NCBI GenBank assembly: GCA_965285935.1
Contig: OZ260666.1
Location: 34,968,001 to 35,032,000, forward strand
Length of the DNA: 64,000 nucleotides
Source of the DNA: Ophelia neglecta
Lineage: Eukaryota
Direction of reading: 5' to 3'
Shown: piece after piece, positions 21,301-33,300 of the stretch
How the letters are laid out: the number at the start of each line of letters is the position of its first letter
How positions within the stretch are numbered: the stretch's first letter is position 1
Notes under the pieces: model-generated
Told to the model about the DNA's origin: nothing
Seen by the model: only the letters and a program-made list of their open reading frames with translations
The model's database searches: none
Translations under genes and position numbers: made by a program

Positions 21301-24300
21301 ATGTCTGACAGAACGTCATGGTACGTGTTGTTAGGGGGGAGGTGGAAGTTGTTAGGCCCGACAGAGGGAGGAATCTGCATCAGGCCTAACATCTTACTAC
21401 CGCTACTACCAGAGAGACCCACTGAAATAAGAAAGTCAAACAAATAAAACGAGACTCCAGGTCAGCTGACATGGCCTGAAACATGGCGAGAGGCCAGTAA
21501 CATGGCGAGAGGCCTGTAACATGGCGAGAGGCCAGTAACATGGCGAGAGGCCAGTAACATGGAGAGAGGCCTGTAACATGGCGAGAGGCCAGTAACATGG
21601 CGAGAGGCCTGTAACATGGCGAGAGGCCAGTAACATGGCGAGAGGCCAGTAACATGGGGAGAGGCCTGTAACATGGAGAGAGGCCAGTAACATGGCGAGA
21701 GGCCTGTAACATGGCGAGAGGCCATTAACATGGCATAAGACCTGTAACATAAATGGTTGAAGGGTTTGTACAAACTGAAAGAGGATCATCCCATGTTATC
21801 CCATTAGCTGATGAGGAACATAATTAAACTGTACAAAGAATAACTTTAAATATTAAAAAAACGATAAAAAAAAAGATTATTCTATAATGTAGAATAAAGT
21901 TTCTAGTCACCATTTGTTTCTACTTTAAATATGTACATTATAGTATCTTAAAAAAAAAAGATTAGCTTGTGAAATTTAGTGTCTGTTGTGATTTTAGTCC
22001 TATTTAAAAGGAAAAAGGCAAGATAAATATTAAGTTGTACAGTATTACAGTGAAAAATCCTAATGTGATATGGATAATTATTGTGCCCAGCTTACATGTA
22101 TTTGTGGGGAAAGCACCAAGGTGGTTGGCGTTGAAGCCTGGAGGAAGAGCTTTTTGTCTGCTCTGGTCTGTATAATGATGTGAGTTGTCAGCGCCCACCA
22201 AGTGGTTAGCGTGGTGTAGTGGTGGCATCGACTGCGGCTTGTGGTACGGACCACTCACACTCTCCTTCTCTATCATGTCCGCCAACGCCTTCGCCGACTC
22301 GTCCCACGGGTCGAAACCTGCATGCCACACAAAACAATATTACCATAACCAAAAGTAAAACAAAACGACCGGTTTCATAACAAATCTGCTGTAAAGTGGG
22401 TCCTAGCGCAGTGGCCGCACTATGTGACTCTGTTTTTCTAAGAACAAGACAAAATTAGAAAATACAGGCTGACTTAACCTAATGTACACTTTATTGCTGT
22501 TGCTTATCATTGACTCATGGTGTCTAAGAATATTAGAATTTTATTGATCACTACAGAGAGTGATTCAACTTTGGGCATTCTCTGACTTGGGAGACACCAT
22601 TCAATCTTAATCATTGTGGACGCTTACCACTATCAACATTCTGCACTATCTCCACATTTACAAAATGTGGCCCATAAACAAAGTGAACACATGAGACCTT
22701 TGCATGCAGAGGCCAGTCTGGACATAATAGGACGGTATATCAGTTTAATAATCTACCTAAATCGTCGTCTTTTGTGTCATCAGTTTGGCAGTTGTCTATA
22801 GGAGTGAAGCCGAAAGCCGCCTGCCAGTCTGTGGAGCTGGATACTGGTATTGTGTCAGGAATCTCTGTCGCCGTCGGTACACTGTCTGTAAACGACAACA
22901 AGATTATCACATTTAAAATCCTAAATATCATACTCATTTCAATATTATAGGATGAAAGACAATTATAATTATAAGCGCATGATTTCAACAATGTCTAACG
23001 TACATTCCTGATTGAAAATTCTGGTCTGTCTATAGTTCAACATTTACTCCCCTTTTCAGTATAGCAGGTTCTAGACATGTATGTACAGAACGTTTGAATC
23101 GTTTACTTATCCAGGCACTCTCAGGCTCCATTGTCTGCCTTATCATAGACAGATTCATAAATAACCAGTTACAATGGGAAGAGCGCCTTAAGAATGGCGG
23201 CTCCACATAATTGATATCTATAATTATGGCCTAAGATGTCATGATGGTTGGGTGTGTCAAGCTCATTACAGAGTCATAATGTTTAATACAGCGTGGGCAA
23301 TAACAGGGGCAGAGCATCCTATACTGTACACAGTGCTTATCTCAATCAGCACCAATCACATAGGAGTGTTCTCCTCTAAGGGTTTGAGCTAGTAGTATGT
23401 TGTAGGCCAGGTGGTAGTGTGTAACTAATATTCTGCATTAGTGCTGGGAATCAGGAATCAAACACTAGAAAGGGAAGCCCTGCTAAATGTGCCTGGCTTT
23501 ACCCGATAGTACTCGGTAGACCACAAAGCTAGGGTTCAATCGCTATGGCAACTAACTAGGTCCTGTGTTTCGTTAATCAAACCCCCAGTCAGTTAGTTCT
23601 TGGAGATCATTATTCCTCACCAAGACACCAATGGTATTCAAGAATAATCATTCTCACTCCTAAGCTAAAAGTGGTTCATCTCATCAAATGCCAGACGCAT
23701 GTAAAGCAATATTTCCCCTACTACGTATGGAGGACAGAAGTTTTTCCTGTAAGAGGTAGGGTGCTCCAAAGTTTAGGTGGAGCCACTGAGCAGGCCTGGG
23801 CAGTCTATGGGTCTGGGCCTTAGAATACCTCCATACAGGAGGTGGGGAAAACTTACCTGCAGGTTGTGAAGTCTGTATGGGCTTGGGATTCCTGGAGCTA
23901 GGAAAGCCATTTGTACTGCTAAATAACGACATGGAGTCTACTGGGTTCTCAAACGGAGAGCGTTTAGTGCTGCCCCCTAGAGGGCTGTGTTGTGTGTGTG
24001 GCACCAGCTGGGAGCTGTTGTGTAATTGTGTCGTCTGGTGGCCCAGACCAATCTGAAATGCCAAATTACAACAGTTGGTGATAACGTATAGATGTGGTGA
24101 TACCGTTTGACGTAATAATTAATATATATTAGGTTATTCACAAGGCTTATCTCAGCCATAAACAATATAGTATAGCAGGGTTGTTTTGTGGAGGCTGGCA
24201 GGGGTTGGGCAGACAATGATGGAGTACTTGTAGTTATGGGGTTGCTATGTGGCTGGGTATGTGCTTCACCACACAGCACAGGTGACTCCCCCTACCCATA

Positions 24301-27300
24301 ACTCGCTGGCTCACTGAACGCTGACTTGTACCAGGTACAGCACAGAACACACCACCTCTCCTCTGAAGTGGGCAAGCGGCTTTCATTATTAAGTAGTACA
24401 AGCATTGGGTGAAGCAGTACGTGTGATGGCAGGAGAGGCTCAGTGCTGGAAAGAAGTTTACACCACCCTCCAAGCATGTAGTGTCTTTTTACATTAGATT
24501 TAGTCTGATTCCTTTTTTCTAAGTCCGTTTTTACATTACAATTATAAACGCTAGCTAAAGAGCTAATATCACTGACTGGTTCAAATAATAATACAAACAA
24601 AATATCAAATAAATCATTTTTAGAGTTACAAAATTGAATAAAAGTTCTGAGGGTTTGCCTCCAGTATGTTACCCTGACATTTACTTGCCCAGTTTTCATT
24701 TTAATTGCCCACAAATTGCAAAGAAGAGAAGTAGAATCCAATGCCTTTGGCTTGGCTAGCTTGCCTGCCATCACCGCTGACACCCCACTTGATAAGACTT
24801 CAAAAAAAGGTGGAATGCAACAAGAAGCGCGCTTCTTAAGGGTTCTTAACAAGCCCAGTAGAGAGCTTACTAGCAGCCAGCCAGTGATCTTGTGCTTATT
24901 TCCTGTACTGGAGGCTGAGCAGGTGGCTTTACTTTCAAAGTAGAATCTATGATGGTTGGGAGATGCTGTACTCCTGTGGGTTACAGTGGGGTAAAACCTG
25001 GGGGATTATATGTAAGTTAAGGGGGTGTGGGGAAAAGGGGGAAGGGGTTGTTGGTTTTCCATGGGTTAGTAGTATACCTGTTCTGAAGAGCTGTATCAGT
25101 GTGTTGAGCACTGAGCTGTTACTGTGACCTGTTACTAGACCTGTGTGCTGAGAGGCGGGCTGACACTGTGGGAGTGTTTGAAGGGGTCGGGGACTGTTTG
25201 AAGGGGGTGGGGAGGGCTAGTAACATACCTGTTGTGTAGAGCTGTAGACCTGTGTGCTGAGAGGCGGGCTGACACTGTGGGAGTGGTTGAAGGGGGCGGG
25301 GACTGTTTGAAGGGGGCGGGGAGGGCTAGTAACATACCTGTTGTGTAGAGCTGTAGACCTGTGTGCTGAGAGGCGGGCTGACACTGTGGGACTGTTTGAA
25401 GGGGGCGGGGACTGTTTGAAGGGGGTGGGGAGGGCTAGTAACATACCTGTTGTGTAGAGCTGTAGACCTGTGTGCTGAGAGGCGGGCTGACACTGTGGGA
25501 GTGTTTGAAGGGGGCGGGGACTGTTTGAAGGGGGCGGGGAGGGCTAGTATGTGCTGAGAGGCGGGCTGACACTGTGGGACTGTTTGAAGGGGGCGGGGAC
25601 TGTTTGAAGGGGGCGGGGAGGGCTAGTAACATACCTGTTGTGTAGAGCTGTAGACCTGTGTGCTGAGAGGCCGGCTGACACTGTGGGAGTGTTTGAAGGG
25701 GGCGGGGACTGTTTGAAGGGGGCGGGGAGGGCTAGTAACATACCTGTTGTGTAGAGCTGTAGACCTGTGTGCTGAGAGGTGGGCTGACACTGTGGGAGTG
25801 TTTGAAGGGGGCGGGGACTGTTTGAAGGGGGTGGGGAGGGCTAGTAACATACCTGTTGTGTAGAGCTGTAGACCTGTGTGCTGAGAGGCGGGCTGACACT
25901 GTGGGAGTGTTTGAAGGGGGCGGGGACTGTTTTAAGGGGGTGGGGAGGGCTAGTAACATACCTGTTGTGTAGAGCTGTAGACCTGTGTGCTGAGAGGCGG
26001 GCTGACACTGTGGGAGTGTTTGAAGGGGGCGGGGACTGTTTGAAGGGGGCAGGGAGGGCTAGAATGTGCTGAGAGGAGGGCTGACACTGTGGGAGTGTTT
26101 GAAGGGGGCGGGGACTGTTTGAAGGGGGCGGGGAGGGCTAGTAACATACCTGTTGTGTAGAGCTGTAGACCTGTGTGCTGAGAGGTGGGCTGACACTGTG
26201 GGAGTGTTTGAAGGGGGCGGGGACTGTTTGAAGGGGGCGGGAAGGGCTAGTAACATACCTGTTGTGTAGAGCTGTAGACCTGTGTGCTGAGAGGCGGGCT
26301 GACACTGTGGGAGTGTTTGAAGGGGGCGGGGACTGTTTGAAGGGGGTGGGGAGGGCTAGTAACATACCTGTTGTGTAGAGCTGTAGACCTGTGTGCTGAG
26401 AGGTGGGCTGACACTGTGGGAGTGTTTGAAGGGGGCGGGGACTGTTTGAAGGGGGTGGGGAGGGCTAGTAACATACCTGTTGTGTAGAGCTGTAGACCTG
26501 TGTGCTGAGAGGCGGGCTGACACTGTGGGAGTGTTTGAAGGGGGCGGGGACTGTTTGAAGGGGGCGGGGAGGGCTAGTATGTGCTGAGAGGCGGGCTGAC
26601 ACTGTGGGAGTGTTTGAAGGGGGCGGGGACTGGTTGAAGGGGGCGGGGAGGGCTAGTAACATACCTGTTGTGTAGAGCTGTAGACCTGTGTGCTGAGAGG
26701 CGGGCTGACACTGTGGGAGTGTTTGAAGGGGGCGGGGACTGTTTGAAGGGGGCGGGGAGGGCTAGTATGTGCTGAGAGGCGGGCTGACACTCTGGGAGTG
26801 TTTGAAGGGGGCGGGGACTGTTTGAAGGGGGCGGGGAGGGCTAGTAACATACCTGTTGTGTAGAGCTGTAGACCTGTGTGCTGAGAGGCGGGCTGACACT
26901 GTGGGAGAGCTGCTGTAGACTACTTGTCGGAGACCCATTTATCATATGATCATTATTTTGGCTGAAACAAGTTACATTCTTTAATAACATGTACAATTAA
27001 AAAACCAATAGGGTACAATCTATCTTATATGTCTATAATTCTGCACCTTACATAGCCTAAACACCCTAACTTAAATTTCTAACTCTGACCACACATTATG
27101 CAATAAATTCAACTCAAATAATGCAATAAACATATACCAAATGTTTGAAACTTACACATTTATGAAAGATGAACATAAAAAAACAAGCTTAACAAACCAC
27201 TACGGTCTCTCAGAGCTATAGCTTAGGCTGGCATGAAAACTGTCTTTATGGCAACAAAAAAACAAGAAATACTTAAGAAATTGTCTGTTTCTATTGTTTG

Positions 27301-30300
27301 TGTCTGATTAAATCAGACATAACTGTATCACATCCAAACAACACTGTATTGTGACATAACTGTATGTAAATACATTCAATGTATAACTTTTTTTTCATGT
27401 CTAGCATAAGCCCAAGATTACCAATCTGGCCAATAGGGAAAGACTAGGAGGATACTACTTCTTATTCTCTCATTAAAACAGATAATCTGTGAGTAGTACA
27501 GTGGGGTTGACAAGTCTCTCCTATCAGTAGGATATGAGCAGGGTTGTTACTACTCACCTATTTGTGGTGTCTGTATGATTGTGTACACTTCTGTGGTGTC
27601 CTGGTGCTCTGTTTTGTCCGTTGTGTGTCTCACATTTGGAGGATTTGTTTCCGTTGGTTAGCCGCTCTGGCTTCATGTTTGACACTGGCCACACTTCTTT
27701 ACCCGAAAGTAAGGGAGGCATGTGTTCTTCTCCGTCGAGGTCTGTCGGTGAATCTGTCTTCTTTCTGTTACTACAAAAATCATGTCCATTCTAATTTGTG
27801 TCAGGACAACTACAAACTCAACCAAAATAGACCAGAATAAGTATTATTTCTGACGAGGACACATATGCTTACGATCACAGTAAGAGTGGACTAACTGCTA
27901 GCCTACCTGGTTAGTTGTGAGGGCTGCTGTATGGGCTGTGGGGGACTTTCAGACAGGCTAGATGTGATTGGAGGCGTACCCTTTTCACTACCGCTGCCAC
28001 TACCACTACTACTGTTTGAACCACCAGGACTACTACTACCTGACCCCGGTATGGTCAGATTCTGAGCGTTAATACACATTTCGTATAACTTCTGCTCATA
28101 TTCTTGATGTTTCCTGAAAAGTAAAATAGTCATGCATCACTAAGGGTTAGCACGGAATGGCATTAACATAAATTTAATTTAGTCTGAAGGTTGTTGATCA
28201 GTGGGGTAACATTTATTGGGACACTAAACATGTTAGTCCTGTAGTTTATATATTTGCATTGATGTTACAAGATTTCCCTTAAGTGAAGAATCTTTCCTTC
28301 AGCAACAAACTACACAAATGGTTCCTTCCATGAGTTATATATGCTTTGCCAGTCATTCCCATTTAACGTGTCTAAAGATGTAAAAGGCAGTAGTGCCAAG
28401 GGCGTTGCCAATATGAAGGGATAAAAACCCTGAAAGAAAGGCGAGAACACTGAATGAGCACCTTGGTCAAATTGAAGTGTTTGGTGCTGACTTGATAACA
28501 TGAGAGGAGTAGCGAGGAGATCCAGTTTCCTTAGTCAGGGCAGACTAGAATATTTGCCGAGGAGCATTGGCAATAAGGAGAGATGACTCGAGCTGTCAGA
28601 AAAAGAAGACTAACACTCCATCCTGGCAGCTCCCTCTATACCCGCTCATCCAATATCAATCGCAGCTTGGATCCAACAAATTACTCTCCCCATCAGCGAC
28701 ATTACTTGTTTGACATTCTGATTGCACGACACAATTTTAGTGCCAATCAGCTGGGTGAAAATAACCAGTGGTGGCGTAGGTTTGATTGTGGGAGAACGTG
28801 GCAGGAGGGCTTCCAATTTCTTTTCAAATCTACGGGGGCTGATTTGAGAGTGCACGTGGCAGGAGGACTTCCAATTTCTTTTCAAGTCTACGGGGGCTGA
28901 TTTGACGGTGAGGAACAACCGGTTTAGGCATTACTTACGTATTAACCAGTAGGCCAAGTGCAAAGTCATGTTGGGTGGTCTCCGGGGAGAGACTTGCTCT
29001 ATAACATGGCAGCAGGCAGCCAATGAACTCATTACACCGTCAGAGGGCCTCACAACATCTGGCTTGACACCGGGTCAAGTGTGGGTCCCACACACGCAAT
29101 AGGCTACCCAATCAAATCAACTACATTTGGACGTTTAAACGAAGGGGTCATTTACAAATTAAAGTGGTCTCGCGACTGAGGATGATGTGGGTGCCCTTCA
29201 TGTCCACGTTAACACAACAAATCATCTGCCACCTACCGAATGCCCCCAGGCATGAAGAGCCTGTCAAATCAAATCAGCTCTAATAAGGGGAGAAGTCCAA
29301 TCAAGCTCACCAGTCATTGGACAGTACTAATCCATCCCAACAAACCAGCGCAAGGCAAACAAGTGAAAACAACGTGTCAACTAATAACAGTGTAAGACAA
29401 CAAATGGCCCTGCTCTCTCACCAAACTGGCCAGATAAGCCTGCAGGAGTGGGTTTGCCTAGCCAAGAGTACATTAGCCTGGCCGGAGTGGCTGGGGACAA
29501 CATCAGTAATGGCAGGGTAAAGGATATCATGTAATTACATCAACATCAACAGTGTGTTAATATCCTGCCATGTTAACAAATGATGATAACTATAGCACAC
29601 ACCAATCAGGGGAGAGCATCATAGGGTACAGTAGTACACGGACATTATGGACAATCTCAGACACCATCAGAGGGCATAACCAAACACAGCACAGCACTAA
29701 ACCACAATTTGCTCTTAATGCCACAGTTTATCTATGATAAATCTGGTTAAAAGTGCCTTAATAGACTAGTAACATGAATAAGCACGTCCTAGCTCATTCT
29801 GGCCAAACATGCACCACATGTGTACGATATATACAGTAAAACCCTGTTCTAGTGGCCAAACTGCACGAGAATAAACGCCACATTTTGTGTCCAGACGATG
29901 GAGCAAATTTGATCACGTCGGCCGGCCGGCCTCTTGAAAGGCGATGTCTGGCGTATAATGAGCCCAAACTTTATCTAAAAACAGGCTTATAACAGTGAGC
30001 AACAGACCCGTGCCTAGCTCGGGAATCAATAGCCAGCAACTAAAGCATTGTATACTGATTTACACAGCAACGGAGCGCTATGCAAAGCAATTGTTTTGTG
30101 GTCCAAGGGTGTGAATTATGGTCCAATGTCCTTGGGTTAAAGATATTTCAGGACAAAGATGAGAAGACAAAAATCACCTGATTTATGAGTGAGGGGCAGC
30201 CTCTAAAGGGGCCTGCGTTCGTTAGTTGGTTTTTAGAATAAAACTGGACAATACGGCTGACAAAAGTGACAGGTACTGTAATCTACTGAACAGAGACCCA

Positions 30301-33300
30301 GCAGGTACTGCCGAATCTGACTGCAATACACCGGCCACCACCAGGCAATCAAAACACAAAACATCATCAACCACCAATTTGTGTCGGCCTCTTTCTGCAG
30401 GCACACATGTACTTAAATATCTTTCGGAGGGGCTGGCCAAGTTCTGAAGAAAAAACCCGGAGTTCCACGTAGGAGGCCTCAGTTTTGTTAAACACAGTCT
30501 GAACCACCCCAGCCAAATTTGTGACTGCCAATCCACTTTTAAACAAGCCAATTTGGACACATTTTTTCTACTGAATCATCTGCAGCCCAAAATATGTGGC
30601 TAGGATACCATAAACTAATCTAATAGAGCACAAAAATAGCCCTCAAATGGAGCTTGGCTTACCCTTGTTGCATTTCTTCTTTGGTAAAACTGGCAGCTTC
30701 TTCCCCTAGCTCGTGTAAATACATACAGTCCTGAAATTGGAAGTGAACAAGGCTGAAGAGAACGGCAGGCCAGTTTTCCAATTAAGGACAGTGTTCTTCC
30801 AAAAAACAAGCCAGGCTTGTGGGCCTATCACTACGGATCGACAAATCTGGTTATTAAACTCAATCAGTCGAGATGATGTGAATTATTTGATCATTACAGA
30901 TATAGGCTATTTATGACAGTCTATTCGTCTTCGATAGTCATTTGGACAAGGCTGATACTTGGTTTTTACAGACCATTTCCGAAATAGTGTCTAACAATTA
31001 AAGCAGATGACATCCACTTGATTCAAGGTGTTGTTAACCATTCATTAATCTGATTCCCGAGCCCCACCCCACCGGCACTTACCGGCTTCGGACACTGCGC
31101 CCCACGAAGGAAATGACTACAGTATTTGGTGGTACCCAGCGAGGCCTTCAGCGTTCGCCCTTCGACATGTATGTTATTAACGGCCTGTATCGCTCGTAAG
31201 GCATCCTCCGGTCTATTGTATGTGACGTAAGCGCTGGCAGAGGGTCCCTGAAAAGGCAAGAAAAACGTACAGTCAGAGCCGTAAAAATGATTTCTTATCA
31301 ATCTCTTGTCTTTCTTGTGTTAAAAACAAGCCCAGAAGTATTTTATATTACTCAGGGCAAGCATAGGCCGAGTCATTCTATACAATATTTGGGATGTTTA
31401 CCAAAGACAGATGGATTATACTATTAAGCCTAGACATACCCAATGAAGACCTGATTATTTACACGGGACATGTGAGAATCCCTTGGGGAGTACACATCTA
31501 GAACGATCACGGCTGGCCAAGTCATCGCAGGCACATGCCCAATAGGCATTTGTTCTTAATAACTGTTAAGATGTTCATAATCAAGTAATAAAGTGCTGCA
31601 TTCACTTTGGCCAGTGATAAACTACAAGTTAATTCATAATAGTCTGATTTGGAATGCTGATCAATGGTAATTTGGAATTGCTCCGGCCCCATAGTGACTG
31701 TAGTCAAGATATATACGTCAGCCTTTAATCGGGAATAATGACCACTTGGCTTGGTCCGATTCATCGGGGAGACGTACTGGCCTTTCCATGGCAATCTAAT
31801 GCTATGGCCGCCTCGTGGAGGGCGTATACACTGTTGTGATTACCTTCACAGTAAACACACACTAACCCCTGCTCCCTGCATATCTCATGCCCAGAAATCC
31901 AATTAACAAGTAAACAGGCCATTTACAGGCACACCATCTCAATAGGCAGCCACAGAAAAAGGGAAGGCCAGCGAGGGGAAGGGGGGGGGGGGGGAGGAGG
32001 AGGAGGAGGAGATAAAACAGCATATCCACTCCCAGCACAGGGGTCAAGATGTAATTATTCTGATGAGACGGAGTAGGGAGCTTGTATCATGGCTTACCTT
32101 GCCGTGCATACAAACTAGGACCCACACAATTACCATGGTAAATCATGGGGTAATAACAGAAACCATTGGCTTCAATGGAATACAAATGGCATTCATTATG
32201 TGTAGGCTAATTACTGTGTCTTTTTGATGATCATCCGGGATTTAGGTAAATCAGCATGACATTATTAATATCAATATGCTTCAATTTATGTGTCTGATAT
32301 GATTTATGGATGCCAGGTAACCCCAAATTAACTGATAGCAAACATTCTATTAATATGGATGAACAGATTTGACATCTGGATTTGAAAGAAACTAATTTCA
32401 AACCAATTAAAGGTGGTTGTAAAATGCTGAGCAGGCAGGTATTTTACAATGATACAAAGCAGGGTGACTATGTATATGGTAGGCTACATGGAGACAAGGT
32501 ACAGTATGGTGAATCATTGGTGAAGCAGATACTGTGAATTACTGGTGGAGATAAGGAATTAATCTGGCACACAAAAAACACAGAGACATACACAAACACA
32601 CTCATACCCACACCAACACCCCCCCCCACACACACACACACCCCCACACATACCCACACCAACACACATACCCACCCACACACATACCCACCCACACACA
32701 TACCCACCAACACACATCCCCATCCACCCCACATACATACCCACCCTAACCATCACCCACTCCCAAACTCAACCACCCACCCAGCCGCCCCCGCCCCCGC
32801 CCCCACCCCCACCCACACCCACACCCACTAACAGCACTCATGGCAGCACCCAACCACGGGTATCTACCACTGGTCAAAAACACTCGAGGAACTCTCTCGG
32901 CACAGCTGCGACACACTCGCGGGGGAAAAGCAGAAAAACTTTAATCTCTAATATATTGAGTAGCAAAAAAAATAACAAGAAATATACATGCCAGGAACAT
33001 AGCCAAGAAGTAAATAGCTAAAAGTAGCATTCATTATCATGCTGAAGAAAGCACACCCACAGAATTGAGGGGAAATAATAATTAATGTTAGCAGCTAGTT
33101 TACGGACAGCAGCTGAGGCAGCATGCTTCATGAGGTAGGAGGGGGGGGGGAGGGTGTGTTGCAGCCATGCCGGGGGGGTTCCGGAGCGTTCCGGACACTC
33201 TTCGTTATATCCTACCTTGGTGGCACCTACCTGTGCACCCGCATAAGACGTGCTCTGGTTTATCACAACTTTGTGGATTTTGCCAAACTTGCCAAAGTAC

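Noticed and set aside
21386-21789. Repetitive ORFs (ASRHVTGLSPCY...)
   Set aside because: Artefacts of the 19-bp minisatellite being open in three frames.
23500-23560. B-box-like ggttcaatc suggesting a tRNA or SINE head
   Set aside because: No cloverleaf or clear A-box spacing; too degenerate to call.
24292-24852. 186-aa minus-strand ORF in a CNOT4 intron
   Set aside because: No homology recognised, atypical composition, and not needed for phase continuity of CNOT4.
25135-26850. Series of 65-75 aa MLLALP... ORFs suggesting a peptide gene array or CRISPR-like array
   Set aside because: Translations of a 109/79-bp tandem repeat. There are no unique spacers and no cas genes, and the ATG lies within the splice donor gtATGt.
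29832-30215. TA|CAGTAAAACC start resembling a Tc1/pogo MITE end
   Set aside because: No matching opposite TIR found, so boundaries cannot be supported.
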